From the NCBI GenBank assembly GCA_965224245.1, contig OZ245046.1, positions 4,384,001-4,448,000 on the forward strand: DNA of 64,000 bases, written 5' to 3'. This DNA comes from Candidatus Eiseniibacteriota bacterium. GTDB lineage: Bacteria > Eisenbacteria > RBG-16-71-46 > CAZAMP01. The number at the start of each line of letters is the position of its first letter. Positions within the stretch are counted from its first letter, which is position 1. Below are positions 19,355 to 28,428 of the stretch, piece after piece. The notes under the pieces are model-generated. The model had not been told where the DNA came from. It did not search any database and was given only the letters and a program-made list of their open reading frames with translations. A program made the position numbers and the translations under genes.

Positions 19355-20771
19355 GAAAGAGCCCGCCCTTCGCGAACTGGAAGACCTGATCCGCCCGGAT
19401 CCGGAACACGGTGTCGTCCTCGCTCTTCGCGTACTCGATGCGCCCCACGAAGCCCCACCGTCCGACCAGGCGCAGCCCTCCGCCGTATGACGTGGTCGCG
19501 TTGTCGGCGCTGATCTCCTCGTTGTCGCCGAAGACCTGTCCGACGTCGGTAAAGAGGTAGGCGTCGAGCCCGATGTCGTCGGCGTGGGAGGCCGCCCAGA
19601 CCGGCCAGCGATACTCGGCGGTGAACGCCGTCATGCCGCGATCGCGCCAGCGGTAGTCCTCATAGCCACGCAGGAGATCGGGGTCGTCGTTCGTCATCAG
19701 ACGCTGGAACGGCACGCGGCTCGTGCCGCCACCGGCCACGGGATCGATCCACGAGTAGTACGCGCGGAAAGCGAGGACTCGCTTGTCCCGCCACAGGCGC
19801 ACGAACTGCTGGAGCTCCACGCGATACGACCAGAAGTTCAGATCCGGAAGCTCGGACCCGGTCTCGGTGAAGTACGACGCCGTGACCCGGCGGGACCCCG
19901 ACGACACGGGACGGCCGGTCTCGGTGGTGGTGTCGTGGATGAGCGAGGCACCGGCGGTCACGCCGTCCGAACGCGCGCCGTACCCGAACGGCACGTCGTA
20001 CACCTCCGGCAGCGTCGGCGAGTCCTCACGGCGTGGACCCCGCGCGCCGACCGTCGTGTAGCGGACGTCCAGCTCGGAGCTGACCGAGTGCGTGAGCTCC
20101 CGCTCCAGCGTCGCCCCCACCCATGACATCTCGCGGCGGAAGAACGACTCCTCCGCCGACTCGGTGCGGTCGGTCGGTCCGAAGCCGAAGTAGCGCGCGT
20201 TCGGCGTCATCCGGTAGCCGGCACCGACCTGCAGCGCGGTGGGGCGGCCGAGGCCCAGATAGATGCCGAGGTTCACCTTGTGGTGTCCGTTCACCGACGT
20301 CATCCCACCGAGCCGAAAGCGATTGTCGGGTCCGAAGAACGCGTCGTGCACGAGCGTGGCGCCGCCACCGAAGCCGGTCAGGCCACCCGCCGAGAAGCTC
20401 ACGGTCGCGCCGTACGGAAGCTCACGGGGGCCGACCAGCTCGGAGATCCGGTAGACCACGTTGGACTCGTCGAGTGCGATGACGCCGCTGCCGACCGCGC
20501 TGGAGAACAGGCGCAACGGCGCGCCGATGACGTGGTACGGCACGTCCACGGCCGCCTGCCAGGCCGGCGCCCCGGGCTGCTCGAGGGGGGTTCGGACCGA
20601 GTCGTGCTCGGCCGGGATCGGCCCCCAGTAGCTCTCGCCGACTCCGTCGGTGTTGTCGGCGTGCGCGGCCGTCGTGGCCGCGATCATGAACGCGACCACC
20701 GACAGCGCGGTCGGGAGCGCTCCGCTACCGCGCGAACGTCGTCGTACCTCGCGGATCGGACAAACGGGCAT
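19326..20771 (-). CDS. Omp85 (BamA/TamA-like) beta-barrel outer-membrane protein without clear POTRA domains
   Basis: Signal peptide (AAHA-D); LLRGYEDYRWRD (VRGF/Y-like), AEYRWP, FTDVGQVF, SYGGGLR. Start uncertain (20771 or 20687). Confidence 0.8.
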   Translation of the reverse strand: MPVCPIREVRRRSRGSGALPTALSVVAFMIAATTAAHADNTDGVGESYWGPIPAEHDSVRTPLEQPGAPAWQAAVDVPYHVIGAPLRLFSSAVGSGVIALDESNVVYRISELVGPRELPYGATVSFSAGGLTGFGGGATLVHDAFFGPDNRFRLGGMTSVNGHHKVNLGIYLGLGRPTALQVGAGYRMTPNARYFGFGPTDRTESAEESFFRREMSWVGATLERELTHSVSSELDVRYTTVGARGPRREDSPTLPEVYDVPFGYGARSDGVTAGASLIHDTTTETGRPVSSGSRRVTASYFTETGSELPDLNFWSYRVELQQFVRLWRDKRVLAFRAYYSWIDPVAGGGTSRVPFQRLMTNDDPDLLRGYEDYRWRDRGMTAFTAEYRWPVWAASHADDIGLDAYLFTDVGQVFGDNEEISADNATTSYGGGLRLVGRWGFVGRIEYAKSEDDTVFRIRADQVFQFAKGGLFHGRNPVPSR

Positions 20772-20893
20772 GAACGGGCTCCGTGGGCTGGGTGTCCGCA
20801 TGCGAACGGTGGCCGGAGATGGCGGAGTGTTTCCGACGCCCCCCGTGATGTCAACCTTTGGCATCCCGCGAGGAACCCCATAGACTTCTCGAC

Positions 20894-22102
20894 ATGACAC
20901 TCACGACGCTGGCCGACGCTCGGCGGCGGCTCGCCGAGCGCACGGAGCCGCTCCAGACGATCGACGTGCCGCTGGCCGACGCCCACGGGCTCCGCCTCGC
21001 GGAAGACGTCGACGCCGACATGGACATGCCGCCACTCGACGTCTCGGCGATGGACGGGTACGCGGTGCGCGCCGCCGACTCGAACCGGGCCGACGCCCTC
21101 CGCGTCGCGTTCGAGATCCAGGCCGGATGGGTGCCCGAGGCGTTGCCCCCGGGGACCGCTGCGCGCATCTTCACCGGCGCCCCGCTTCCATCGGGCGCGG
21201 ACGCGGTCGTGCCACAGGAGAAGGCCACCCGCCTCGACTCCGGCGCGGTCCGGCTCGCGCCCTCGGAGCCGGGAGATCACGTTCGCCGGCGGGGCGAGCT
21301 GTACCGCCGCGGACGCCGCATCCTCTGCGCCGGGACGCGTCTGACCGCGGCCGCGACCGGGCTCGCCGCCGGGGCCGGGGGCCACCGACTGCGGTGTATC
21401 CGCCGCCCGACACTGGCCATTCTCGCCACGGGCAGCGAGCTGGTCCCGTTCGACGTCACGCCGCCTCCCGGCTCGATCCGCGACTCCAACACCCCGACGC
21501 TCCGATCGCTGGCCACCGAGTCCCGGGTCGACGTGGTCTCGGCGCTCCACTCGACCGACGACGCGTCCGAGCTCGAGGGGCTCCTCGCCTCGTCCCTCGC
21601 GACGGCCGACGTCGTGGTGACGTCCGGCGGGGTGTCGGTCGGAGACTTCGATCTCGTCCCCGGCGCCGTCGAGCGCGCAGGTGGCGAGATCCTCGTCCAT
21701 CGGGTGGCGATGCGACCCGGCAAGCCGATCCTCGTGGCGCGCGTCGGCACGACCTGGTTCGTCGGGCTGCCCGGGAATCCGATGGCCGTCGTGGTGGGGT
21801 GGCGACTGTTCGTCAGGCCGCTCATCGAGGCGCTGGCCGGAGACGAGACCGCGTTCGACGAGGCCCCCGTCGAGGTCGCACTCGACCGAGACATGTCGAA
21901 CCCGACCGACCGACCCGTGTTTCATCCGGTGCGACTGGGTGTGGGCGCCGGTGGACGACCGGTCGCGTCCCCACTCGCGTGGCTCGGCTCCCACGATGTG
22001 GGCGGCGCCGCCACCGCCAACGCCCTCGGTCGCGTCGAGCCCGGAGCCGGTCTCGAGCCGGGAGCGACGATCGCCTGTCTTCCGTTGCCGTGGAGGTGGT
22101 GA
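20894..22102 (+). CDS. moeA: Molybdopterin molybdotransferase
   Basis: SAMDGYAVR, RIFTGAPLPSGADAVV, TSGGVSVGDFD, MRPGKP, GLPGNP. Confidence 0.95.
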   Translation: MTLTTLADARRRLAERTEPLQTIDVPLADAHGLRLAEDVDADMDMPPLDVSAMDGYAVRAADSNRADALRVAFEIQAGWVPEALPPGTAARIFTGAPLPSGADAVVPQEKATRLDSGAVRLAPSEPGDHVRRRGELYRRGRRILCAGTRLTAAATGLAAGAGGHRLRCIRRPTLAILATGSELVPFDVTPPPGSIRDSNTPTLRSLATESRVDVVSALHSTDDASELEGLLASSLATADVVVTSGGVSVGDFDLVPGAVERAGGEILVHRVAMRPGKPILVARVGTTWFVGLPGNPMAVVVGWRLFVRPLIEALAGDETAFDEAPVEVALDRDMSNPTDRPVFHPVRLGVGAGGRPVASPLAWLGSHDVGGAATANALGRVEPGAGLEPGATIACLPLPWRW

Positions 22103-22106
22103 GCCG

Positions 22107-22595
22107 ATGAGCACGGACGAGCTGTCACACCTGGACGCCGCCGGTCGCGTGCGGATGGTCGACGTCTCCGGGAAGGCGAGCACTGCACGCCATGCCGCCG
22201 CCCGCGGCGAGCTGATCGTGGGCGCCACGATCATGCGCGACCTCGCCGGCGGAGACTCCCCCAAGGGCAACGTGTACGAGACGGCGCGCCTCGCCGGCAT
22301 CCAGGCCGCGAAGCAGACCTCGACGCTGATCCCTCTCTGCCACGCGCTCGCGCTCACGCACGTGGAGATCACGTTCGAGCCCCGAGACGATCGGATCGGC
22401 ATCCGGGCCGACGTAAAGACGCACGGTCAGACGGGTGTCGAGATGGAGGCGCTGACCGCGGTGGCGGTGGCGGGGCTCACGCTGTACGACATGCTGAAGG
22501 CGAAGAGCCACGACATGGTGCTGACCCGCGTGCGCCTGGTGGAGAAGTCCGGCGGCCGGAGCGGCCACTACACACGCGACGAGTCCCATCCATGA
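22107..22595 (+). CDS. moaC: Cyclic pyranopterin monophosphate synthase
   Basis: MVDVSGK, LIPLCH, TGVEMEALT, EKSGGRSG. Confidence 0.96.
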   Translation: MSTDELSHLDAAGRVRMVDVSGKASTARHAAARGELIVGATIMRDLAGGDSPKGNVYETARLAGIQAAKQTSTLIPLCHALALTHVEITFEPRDDRIGIRADVKTHGQTGVEMEALTAVAVAGLTLYDMLKAKSHDMVLTRVRLVEKSGGRSGHYTRDESHP

Positions 22596-23104
22596 GCCGG
22601 TCCCGCGCGCGCGCACTCGTGGTCACGGTGTCCGACCGATCGGCGGCCGGCGTCGCCCGCGACCTCTCCGGTCCCGCCCTTCGTCGGAAGCTGATCGACC
22701 TCTACGACATGGAGTGCCCCGAGCCCGTCGTGGTGGCCGACGACGTCGAGGCGATCCAGCAGGTGCTCCACGACGCGGTGGCCGCCGGCGTGGAGCTCGT
22801 GGTGACCACCGGCGGCACCGGCATCGGCGCGCGGGACGCCACCCCCGAGGCCCTTCGGCGGGTCACGCGCGAGACGATACCGGGGTTCGGCGAGCTGATG
22901 CGCCTCCGATCGTCGGAGACGACGCCGATGGCGTGGCTGTCGCGCTGCACGGCCGGCGCGGCGGGTCGCACGCTGATCGTGTGCGTCCCGGGTAGCCCCT
23001 CGGGCGCCGTGGAGAGCATCGAGCACGTGCGCGAGCTGATCCCGCACGCGCTGCGGATCCTCTCCGGAGAGGTCGCGCACCCGGAGACCGACGCGGACCG
23101 CTGA
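22592..23104 (+). CDS. mog: Molybdopterin adenylyltransferase (MogA/MoaB family)
   Basis: TVSDR, DLSGP, TTGGTG..RDATPEA, PGSP. Confidence 0.88.
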   Translation: MSRSRARALVVTVSDRSAAGVARDLSGPALRRKLIDLYDMECPEPVVVADDVEAIQQVLHDAVAAGVELVVTTGGTGIGARDATPEALRRVTRETIPGFGELMRLRSSETTPMAWLSRCTAGAAGRTLIVCVPGSPSGAVESIEHVRELIPHALRILSGEVAHPETDADR

Positions 23105-23145
23105 CCGCCGGCCCCACCGCCACTCGATCCCCCGCTCGGCTCGGC

Positions 23146-24219
23146 CTAGAGGTGCGCCGCCGGCTCGCCGTGCGGCGATCGAGCGGCCGCTCGCTCGCGC
23201 GCGATCACGAGATCCAGCCCCACGAGGATCAGAAGGTTGAACGCCAGACCGACCGAGGCCGAGAGCTGCTCCTCGTAGAAGATGAACGGCTGCGCCAGGA
23301 GCAGCGTCACGATCAGCGATCGCCGGAACTGACGATAGGCCGCGAGCCGGCTGCGACCCAGCTGCACCACGCCCGCGGCCACGAAGACGCCGGACAGCAC
23401 CACGAACGCGAGGCGCGCCCAGTCCACGAAGGCGAAGTCCGAGATCATGCGCACGTGCTGCTCGAGCCCGATCCACGACACGTCCACCAGCGTGCCGCCC
23501 CACCACGTCACTGCCGCGACGTGCACGAGGCGCAGGATGAACTGACCGATGAAGAAGATCTCGACCGCGAGCACGAAGCGGGGGTGCCGGGAGATTCGTG
23601 CGTAGCCCATCCGGAAGTCCCGACGGAGGCGATCCCAGATCGGCGGCGTGGTCGACGGTACGATCTCGGCCGTTTCCAGGATCCGGGTCAGCGGACGCGT
23701 GAGCGGGTGCTGGGGATCGCTCCGCGAGAGGTACTCGAGCGCCCGTGTTCGCTCCTCGAGATCGAGGTCGCACCTCGCCACCTCCTCCAGCTCCCGAACC
23801 GCGTTCAGCAGGTACTCGACCCGCCGATACGCCCTCGACGACTGGATGTGGCGGACCCAGAGAAACGTCAGCACGAACACGACGTAGATGATCGCGATCG
23901 CGGGCTCGTAGAAGTAGTCGTTGTCGTGGGTGACGAACTTCCCCACCTCGTCGATGAACGTCCCGAACCCGATGCCGCCCAGCGCGGCGGCCACGTGAAC
24001 CGATGCACGACTCAGGAACGAGAACGAGATCACGAGCGCGGCGAGCATGACGAGGCCGCCCCACAGCATGTGCGCCACATGGAGCGCATCGCCGCCCAGC
24101 GTCGGATACCCGGTCAGCTTCAGAAACGCGCGGATTCCGAGGATCGCGGCGACCGCGGCCACGATGAACGTCTCGAGATGCTGTCCCGCATCCAGGCTCC
24201 GGATGAAGCGATCTCGCAC
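23146..24219 (-). CDS. Hypothetical integral membrane protein
   Basis: HVAHMLWGG and GIGFGTFIDEVGKF...DYFY motifs; several TM segments. Confidence 0.75.
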   Translation of the reverse strand: MRDRFIRSLDAGQHLETFIVAAVAAILGIRAFLKLTGYPTLGGDALHVAHMLWGGLVMLAALVISFSFLSRASVHVAAALGGIGFGTFIDEVGKFVTHDNDYFYEPAIAIIYVVFVLTFLWVRHIQSSRAYRRVEYLLNAVRELEEVARCDLDLEERTRALEYLSRSDPQHPLTRPLTRILETAEIVPSTTPPIWDRLRRDFRMGYARISRHPRFVLAVEIFFIGQFILRLVHVAAVTWWGGTLVDVSWIGLEQHVRMISDFAFVDWARLAFVVLSGVFVAAGVVQLGRSRLAAYRQFRRSLIVTLLLAQPFIFYEEQLSASVGLAFNLLILVGLDLVIARERAAARSPHGEPAAHL

Positions 24220-24330
24220 CGCGTTGCTCCTCGACGTCGTAATTCCGCGACCGGAAGCACTTTAGACTAAAACGGCCCCGGGCGTACTGGTATCGTTCCG
24301 CGTCGTCCCTCGTAAAGGAGTCCCGGTCCG

Positions 24331-24816
24331 ATGAGCATCACGATCGAGCGCGCCGATGAGGGATGGCTGCTGTCGACGTCGGTCCTCGTCGCGCGGCCGC
24401 GCGACGAGGTCTTTCCGTTCTTCGCCGATGCGCGAAACCTCGAGCGACTGACGCCGCCGTTCCTCAAGTTCGACGTGCTGACCGAGGGGGAGATCCCGAT
24501 GCACGCGGGTACGCTGATCGACTACCGGCTCTCGCTGCACGGCATCCCGATCCGCTGGCGAACCGAGATCCAGGACTGGGACCCGCCGGAGCGGTTCGTG
24601 GATCGACAGGTGAAGGGGCCCTACCGCTGGTGGATCCACGAGCACACGTTCGACGAGCACGCCGGGGGTGCGCTCTGTGGCGACCGGGTGCGCTACGGGG
24701 TTCCCGGGGGCGCGCTCGTGCATCGGCTCGCGGTGGCGCGCGACGTGACCCGTGTGTTCGAGTATCGCCGTGCGAGGTTGCTGGAGCTCTTCGGCGCCGG
24801 ACGGGCCGCCGTGTGA
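24331..24816 (+). CDS. SRPBCC-family protein
   Basis: VFPFFADARNLERLTPP, FVDRQVKGPYRWWIHEHTF; RBS AAAGGAG. Confidence 0.9.
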   Translation: MSITIERADEGWLLSTSVLVARPRDEVFPFFADARNLERLTPPFLKFDVLTEGEIPMHAGTLIDYRLSLHGIPIRWRTEIQDWDPPERFVDRQVKGPYRWWIHEHTFDEHAGGALCGDRVRYGVPGGALVHRLAVARDVTRVFEYRRARLLELFGAGRAAV

Positions 24817-24823
24817 ACACGTC

Positions 24824-26134
24824 ATGCTGAACCGCGCGCTCGACTTCCTGACCAATCACATCTGGCGGATCGAGTTCGAGGAGCTCCCGACCCACCAGCG
24901 AGTGCTGCTGCGTCCGCTTCGCGTGCTCGTTCTCGCCGTCCGGGGCTTCGACGAGGATCGGATCCAGCTTCGCGCATCGGCCCTCACGTTCTACTCGCTT
25001 CTGGCCATGGTGCCCGCACTCGCGGTGGCATTCGGCATCGCGAAGGGCTTCGGGCTGCAGGAGGCGCTGGAAGGCGCGATCACGAACTGGGCGCTCGGGC
25101 AGGAGCCGGCCTTCGGTCAGATGGTCGAGTGGGCCAAGAACCTTCTCGGACGCACGCGCGGGGGGGTCCTCGCCGGCGTCGGTGTGGCGTTCCTGTTCTG
25201 GGCGGTGATCCGGCTTCTCTCCACGATCGAGCTGTCGCTGAACGACATCTGGGGCCTGCCGAAAGGACGCGCGTTCGGCCGTCGCGTCGCCGACTACCTC
25301 GCGGTCGCGCTGATCGGGCCGTTGCTCCTGACCACGACGGCCGCGGTCATGGGCGCGTTCTCGGGCTTTCTCGACACCCAGGTGACCGCCACCGCGCCCC
25401 TTCAGTGGACCGGGCAGATCCTCCGCTCGGGACTGCCCTACGTCGCGCTGATGCTGTTCCTGACCGGGCTCTTCCGCTACATGCCGAACACGCACGTGAC
25501 GCTCCGCGCGGCCGTGCTCGCGGGGGTGGTCGGGGGCACGATCTATCAGATCACGCAGCTCATCTACGTCAGGGTGCAGGTGTACGTGGCCGATCAGAAT
25601 GCGATCTACGGCACGTTCGCGGCCGTTCCGCTCTTCCTGATCTGGCTGCAGGTGAGCTGGCTCGTCGTGCTCTTCGGCGCCGAGATCGCGTACGCGGTGG
25701 ACAACGAGGAGACGTACGCCGCGGACCGCGACTGGGCCCACGTCAGCATCCACTTCCAGCGACTCCTGGCGCTCCGGTTCGTGGAGCGGGCCTGCAAGCA
25801 GTTTCAGGAGGGCGAAGAGCCGCTGAGCGCGGCGGACCTCGCACACGAGCTGGAGCTTCCGGTGCGCCACGTCCGGAGAGTTCTCTACGATCTGGTCACC
25901 GCCGGGGCGCTCGTGGAGATGGACCGCGGGCGCGCCCACGAGTCCACGTTTCAGCCGGCCAGGGACATCTCGGGACTCACGATCAAGTGGGTGCTCGACG
26001 CGCTGAACCACGCGGGCCAGGAGCCCGGCATCGACCTGGATCGCGCCCAGCTCAGCACCCTCGCCGATCGACTCCGGCACTTCGACTCGCTGATCGAAGA
26101 GTCCCCCGACAACGTACCCCTTCACGAGATCTAG
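24824..26134 (+). CDS. YihY/BrkB-family membrane protein with C-terminal wHTH
   Basis: ASALTFYSLLAMVP, IYGTFAAVPLFLIWL..SWLVVLFGAE; C-terminal Rrf2-like region. Confidence 0.9.
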   Translation: MLNRALDFLTNHIWRIEFEELPTHQRVLLRPLRVLVLAVRGFDEDRIQLRASALTFYSLLAMVPALAVAFGIAKGFGLQEALEGAITNWALGQEPAFGQMVEWAKNLLGRTRGGVLAGVGVAFLFWAVIRLLSTIELSLNDIWGLPKGRAFGRRVADYLAVALIGPLLLTTTAAVMGAFSGFLDTQVTATAPLQWTGQILRSGLPYVALMLFLTGLFRYMPNTHVTLRAAVLAGVVGGTIYQITQLIYVRVQVYVADQNAIYGTFAAVPLFLIWLQVSWLVVLFGAEIAYAVDNEETYAADRDWAHVSIHFQRLLALRFVERACKQFQEGEEPLSAADLAHELELPVRHVRRVLYDLVTAGALVEMDRGRAHESTFQPARDISGLTIKWVLDALNHAGQEPGIDLDRAQLSTLADRLRHFDSLIEESPDNVPLHEI

Positions 26135-26137
26135 CAC

Positions 26138-27100
26138 ATGAACGCGACCCCCCCGCCGACGCTCGACACGCTCCGCCATCGACGCATCGTGGTCACCGGG
26201 GCCACCGGGTTCATCGGGCACGCTCTGGTCGATGCGCTCGCGGACGCGGGTGCGGAGGTCATCGCCCTCTCCCGCAACGCGGTGGCCGCCCAGGCCGCGC
26301 TGCCGAGGCTGACCGACGCCGTGACCTGGCAGGCCACCGAGGAGCTCGTTCCCCCCGAGGCGCTGGCCGGCGCGTTCGGCGTGGTGAACCTGATCGGCGA
26401 GTCGGTGGCGAGCGGTCCCTGGACCGACGGCCGCCGCGAGCGAATCCGGGACAGCCGCGTCGTCTCGACCGAGAACCTGGTGTCCGCGATGCGCGCGATG
26501 CCCTCGCCTCCGAAGGTGCTCGTGAGCGCGAGTGCCGTCGGGTACTACGGCGATCGCGGTGACGTTCCGCTGGCCGAGGACGTGCCTCCGGCGAGCGACT
26601 TCCTGGCCGAGCTCTGTCGCGAGTGGGAGAACGAGGCGGCGGCGGCCTCGGAGTTCGGGGTTCGCGTGACGACGCTCCGCATCGGCCTGGTGATCGGTCC
26701 CGACGGGGGCACGCTGTCGGCCATGCTGACCCCGTTCCGGCTCGGACTCGGCGGACGGCTCGGGAGCGGCCGGCAGTGGTGGTCGTGGATCCACCGGTCC
26801 GATCTCGCGCGCCTCATCCGTTTCGCGCTGACCACCGAGGTCCGGGGCGCCATGAACGCGACGTCGCCCGAGCCCGTGCGGCAGGACGAGTTCGCCAGGA
26901 CGCTGGCGCGCGTGCTGGGCCGACCGGCGCTCGTGTCGGTGCCGGCCTTCGCGCTTCGAGTCGTGCTCGGAGGACTCGCCACGGAGCTCCTGTCGAGCAA
27001 GCGCGTCGTGCCACAGAAGGCTCTCGGCGCCGGCTTCCACTTCGAGCATCCCGATCTGGAGGGCGCGCTCCGGGACGCGCTGGGGTCGTCCACCGCATGA
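26138..27100 (+). CDS. TIGR01777-family NAD-dependent epimerase/oxidoreductase (YfcH-like)
   Basis: VTGATGFIG, SASAVGYYG, GSGRQWWSWIH. Confidence 0.92.
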   Translation: MNATPPPTLDTLRHRRIVVTGATGFIGHALVDALADAGAEVIALSRNAVAAQAALPRLTDAVTWQATEELVPPEALAGAFGVVNLIGESVASGPWTDGRRERIRDSRVVSTENLVSAMRAMPSPPKVLVSASAVGYYGDRGDVPLAEDVPPASDFLAELCREWENEAAAASEFGVRVTTLRIGLVIGPDGGTLSAMLTPFRLGLGGRLGSGRQWWSWIHRSDLARLIRFALTTEVRGAMNATSPEPVRQDEFARTLARVLGRPALVSVPAFALRVVLGGLATELLSSKRVVPQKALGAGFHFEHPDLEGALRDALGSSTA

Positions 27101-27723
27101 GTGAGCGCGCGGACACCTCGCAGGAGCCGACCGCACGCGTCGTTCCTCGGGTCGGGGTCAGTCGCTGCCTGCTCGGCGAGCGGGTCCGCTACGACGGGGG
27201 ACACAAGCGGAACGCGTTCGTCGTCGAGGATCTAGCCGGCGTGGTCGAGCTGATTCCGGTATGCCCCGAGGTCGAGATGGGCATGCCGGTCCCCCGCGAG
27301 CCCATTCACCTGGTGCGCGGGCGCGCGGACCGGAGCGCGCTCCGGCTCGTCGGGCGCGAGAGCGGCACCGACTACACCGCGCGCGCGCGGCGTCACGCGG
27401 AGGCTCGCGTTCGTGACCTCGTGGAATCCGGCCTGTCGGGCTTCGTTCTGAAGTCTCGCTCGCCGTCTTGCGGTCTGTCGACGACACCGATCGCCGTGGA
27501 GCCCGAGGACGCGACGGGTACGGGGATCGACACCGGCGCGACCGGAGGGGATCCAGAGACCGTCGAGATCGGGAGCGGCATGTTCGCGCACGTGCTCCGG
27601 AAGGCGCTCCCGGGAATCCCCATCGTGGACGAGACGACGCTCGCGGATCCGTGCGCCCGGCACGCGTTCCTGGTCGAGGTGGCGACGCACGCACGCCTCC
27701 GCGCGGAGAGCCCGGAGTCGTGA
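27097..27723 (+). CDS. DUF523 / 2-thiouracil desulfurase-family Fe-S protein
   Basis: GVSRCLLGERVRYDGGH, PVCPEVEMG, LKSRSPSCG (three conserved Cys). Confidence 0.88.
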   Translation: MSERADTSQEPTARVVPRVGVSRCLLGERVRYDGGHKRNAFVVEDLAGVVELIPVCPEVEMGMPVPREPIHLVRGRADRSALRLVGRESGTDYTARARRHAEARVRDLVESGLSGFVLKSRSPSCGLSTTPIAVEPEDATGTGIDTGATGGDPETVEIGSGMFAHVLRKALPGIPIVDETTLADPCARHAFLVEVATHARLRAESPES

Positions 27724-27775
27724 CACGAGTGGCCCCGCGACGGCTGCCGCCGCGCGGGGCCGGGGCGGGTCGACT

Positions 27776-28426
27776 CTACTTCGCGTACTTCACCGAGCAG
27801 CCGTACGACTTCGTGGCCGCGACCTCGACCGGCTTCCCGGCCATCGAGGCGTCCAGCGCCGCGACGACGTAGTTCGTCGTCTTGGACGCATCCGCGCCGC
27901 GCGGCTGATCGTCGATCGCACCGTCGTAGATCAGCGTTCCCTCGGGATCGATCACGAACATGTGCGGCGTGGTCTTCGCGCCGTACATGCGTCCGACGTC
28001 TCCATCCGGATCCTGCAGATAGGCGGTCGCGTGCAGATGGGCCTTGGTGATGCGCACCTTCAGGGCGTCGCCGGTGAAATGGCCCTGCTGTCCCGGCGCC
28101 GACGAGCAGATCGTCAGCCACACGACGTCCTTCTTCGTGTACCGCTCCTGGAGCGACTGCATGCCGTGGCTTCCGTAGTGTCGCTTGACGAACGGGCAGT
28201 CGAAGTTGATCCACTCCAGGACGACGTACTTGCCCTCGAAGTCCGAGAGCGAGTGCTCGGCGCCGGCGGCATCGGTCAACGTGAAGCCCGGCGCCGCCGC
28301 GCCGATCTTGGCCGTCGGGGCCGACGCGGCCTCGTGATGCTCCGCGTGAAGCGGCGCCACGTTCAGCAGCATGACTCCGGCTGCGACGAGTGCGCTCGTC
28401 GCAAGGAAACCGGTACGAACTCTCAT
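27776..28426 (-). CDS. Periplasmic thioredoxin/redoxin-family protein
   Basis: Signal peptide; APGFTL, VVLEWINFDCPFV, YGAKTTPHMFVI, YGCSVKY. Confidence 0.9.
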   Translation of the reverse strand: MRVRTGFLATSALVAAGVMLLNVAPLHAEHHEAASAPTAKIGAAAPGFTLTDAAGAEHSLSDFEGKYVVLEWINFDCPFVKRHYGSHGMQSLQERYTKKDVVWLTICSSAPGQQGHFTGDALKVRITKAHLHATAYLQDPDGDVGRMYGAKTTPHMFVIDPEGTLIYDGAIDDQPRGADASKTTNYVVAALDASMAGKPVEVAATKSYGCSVKYAK

Positions 28427-28428
28427 GA

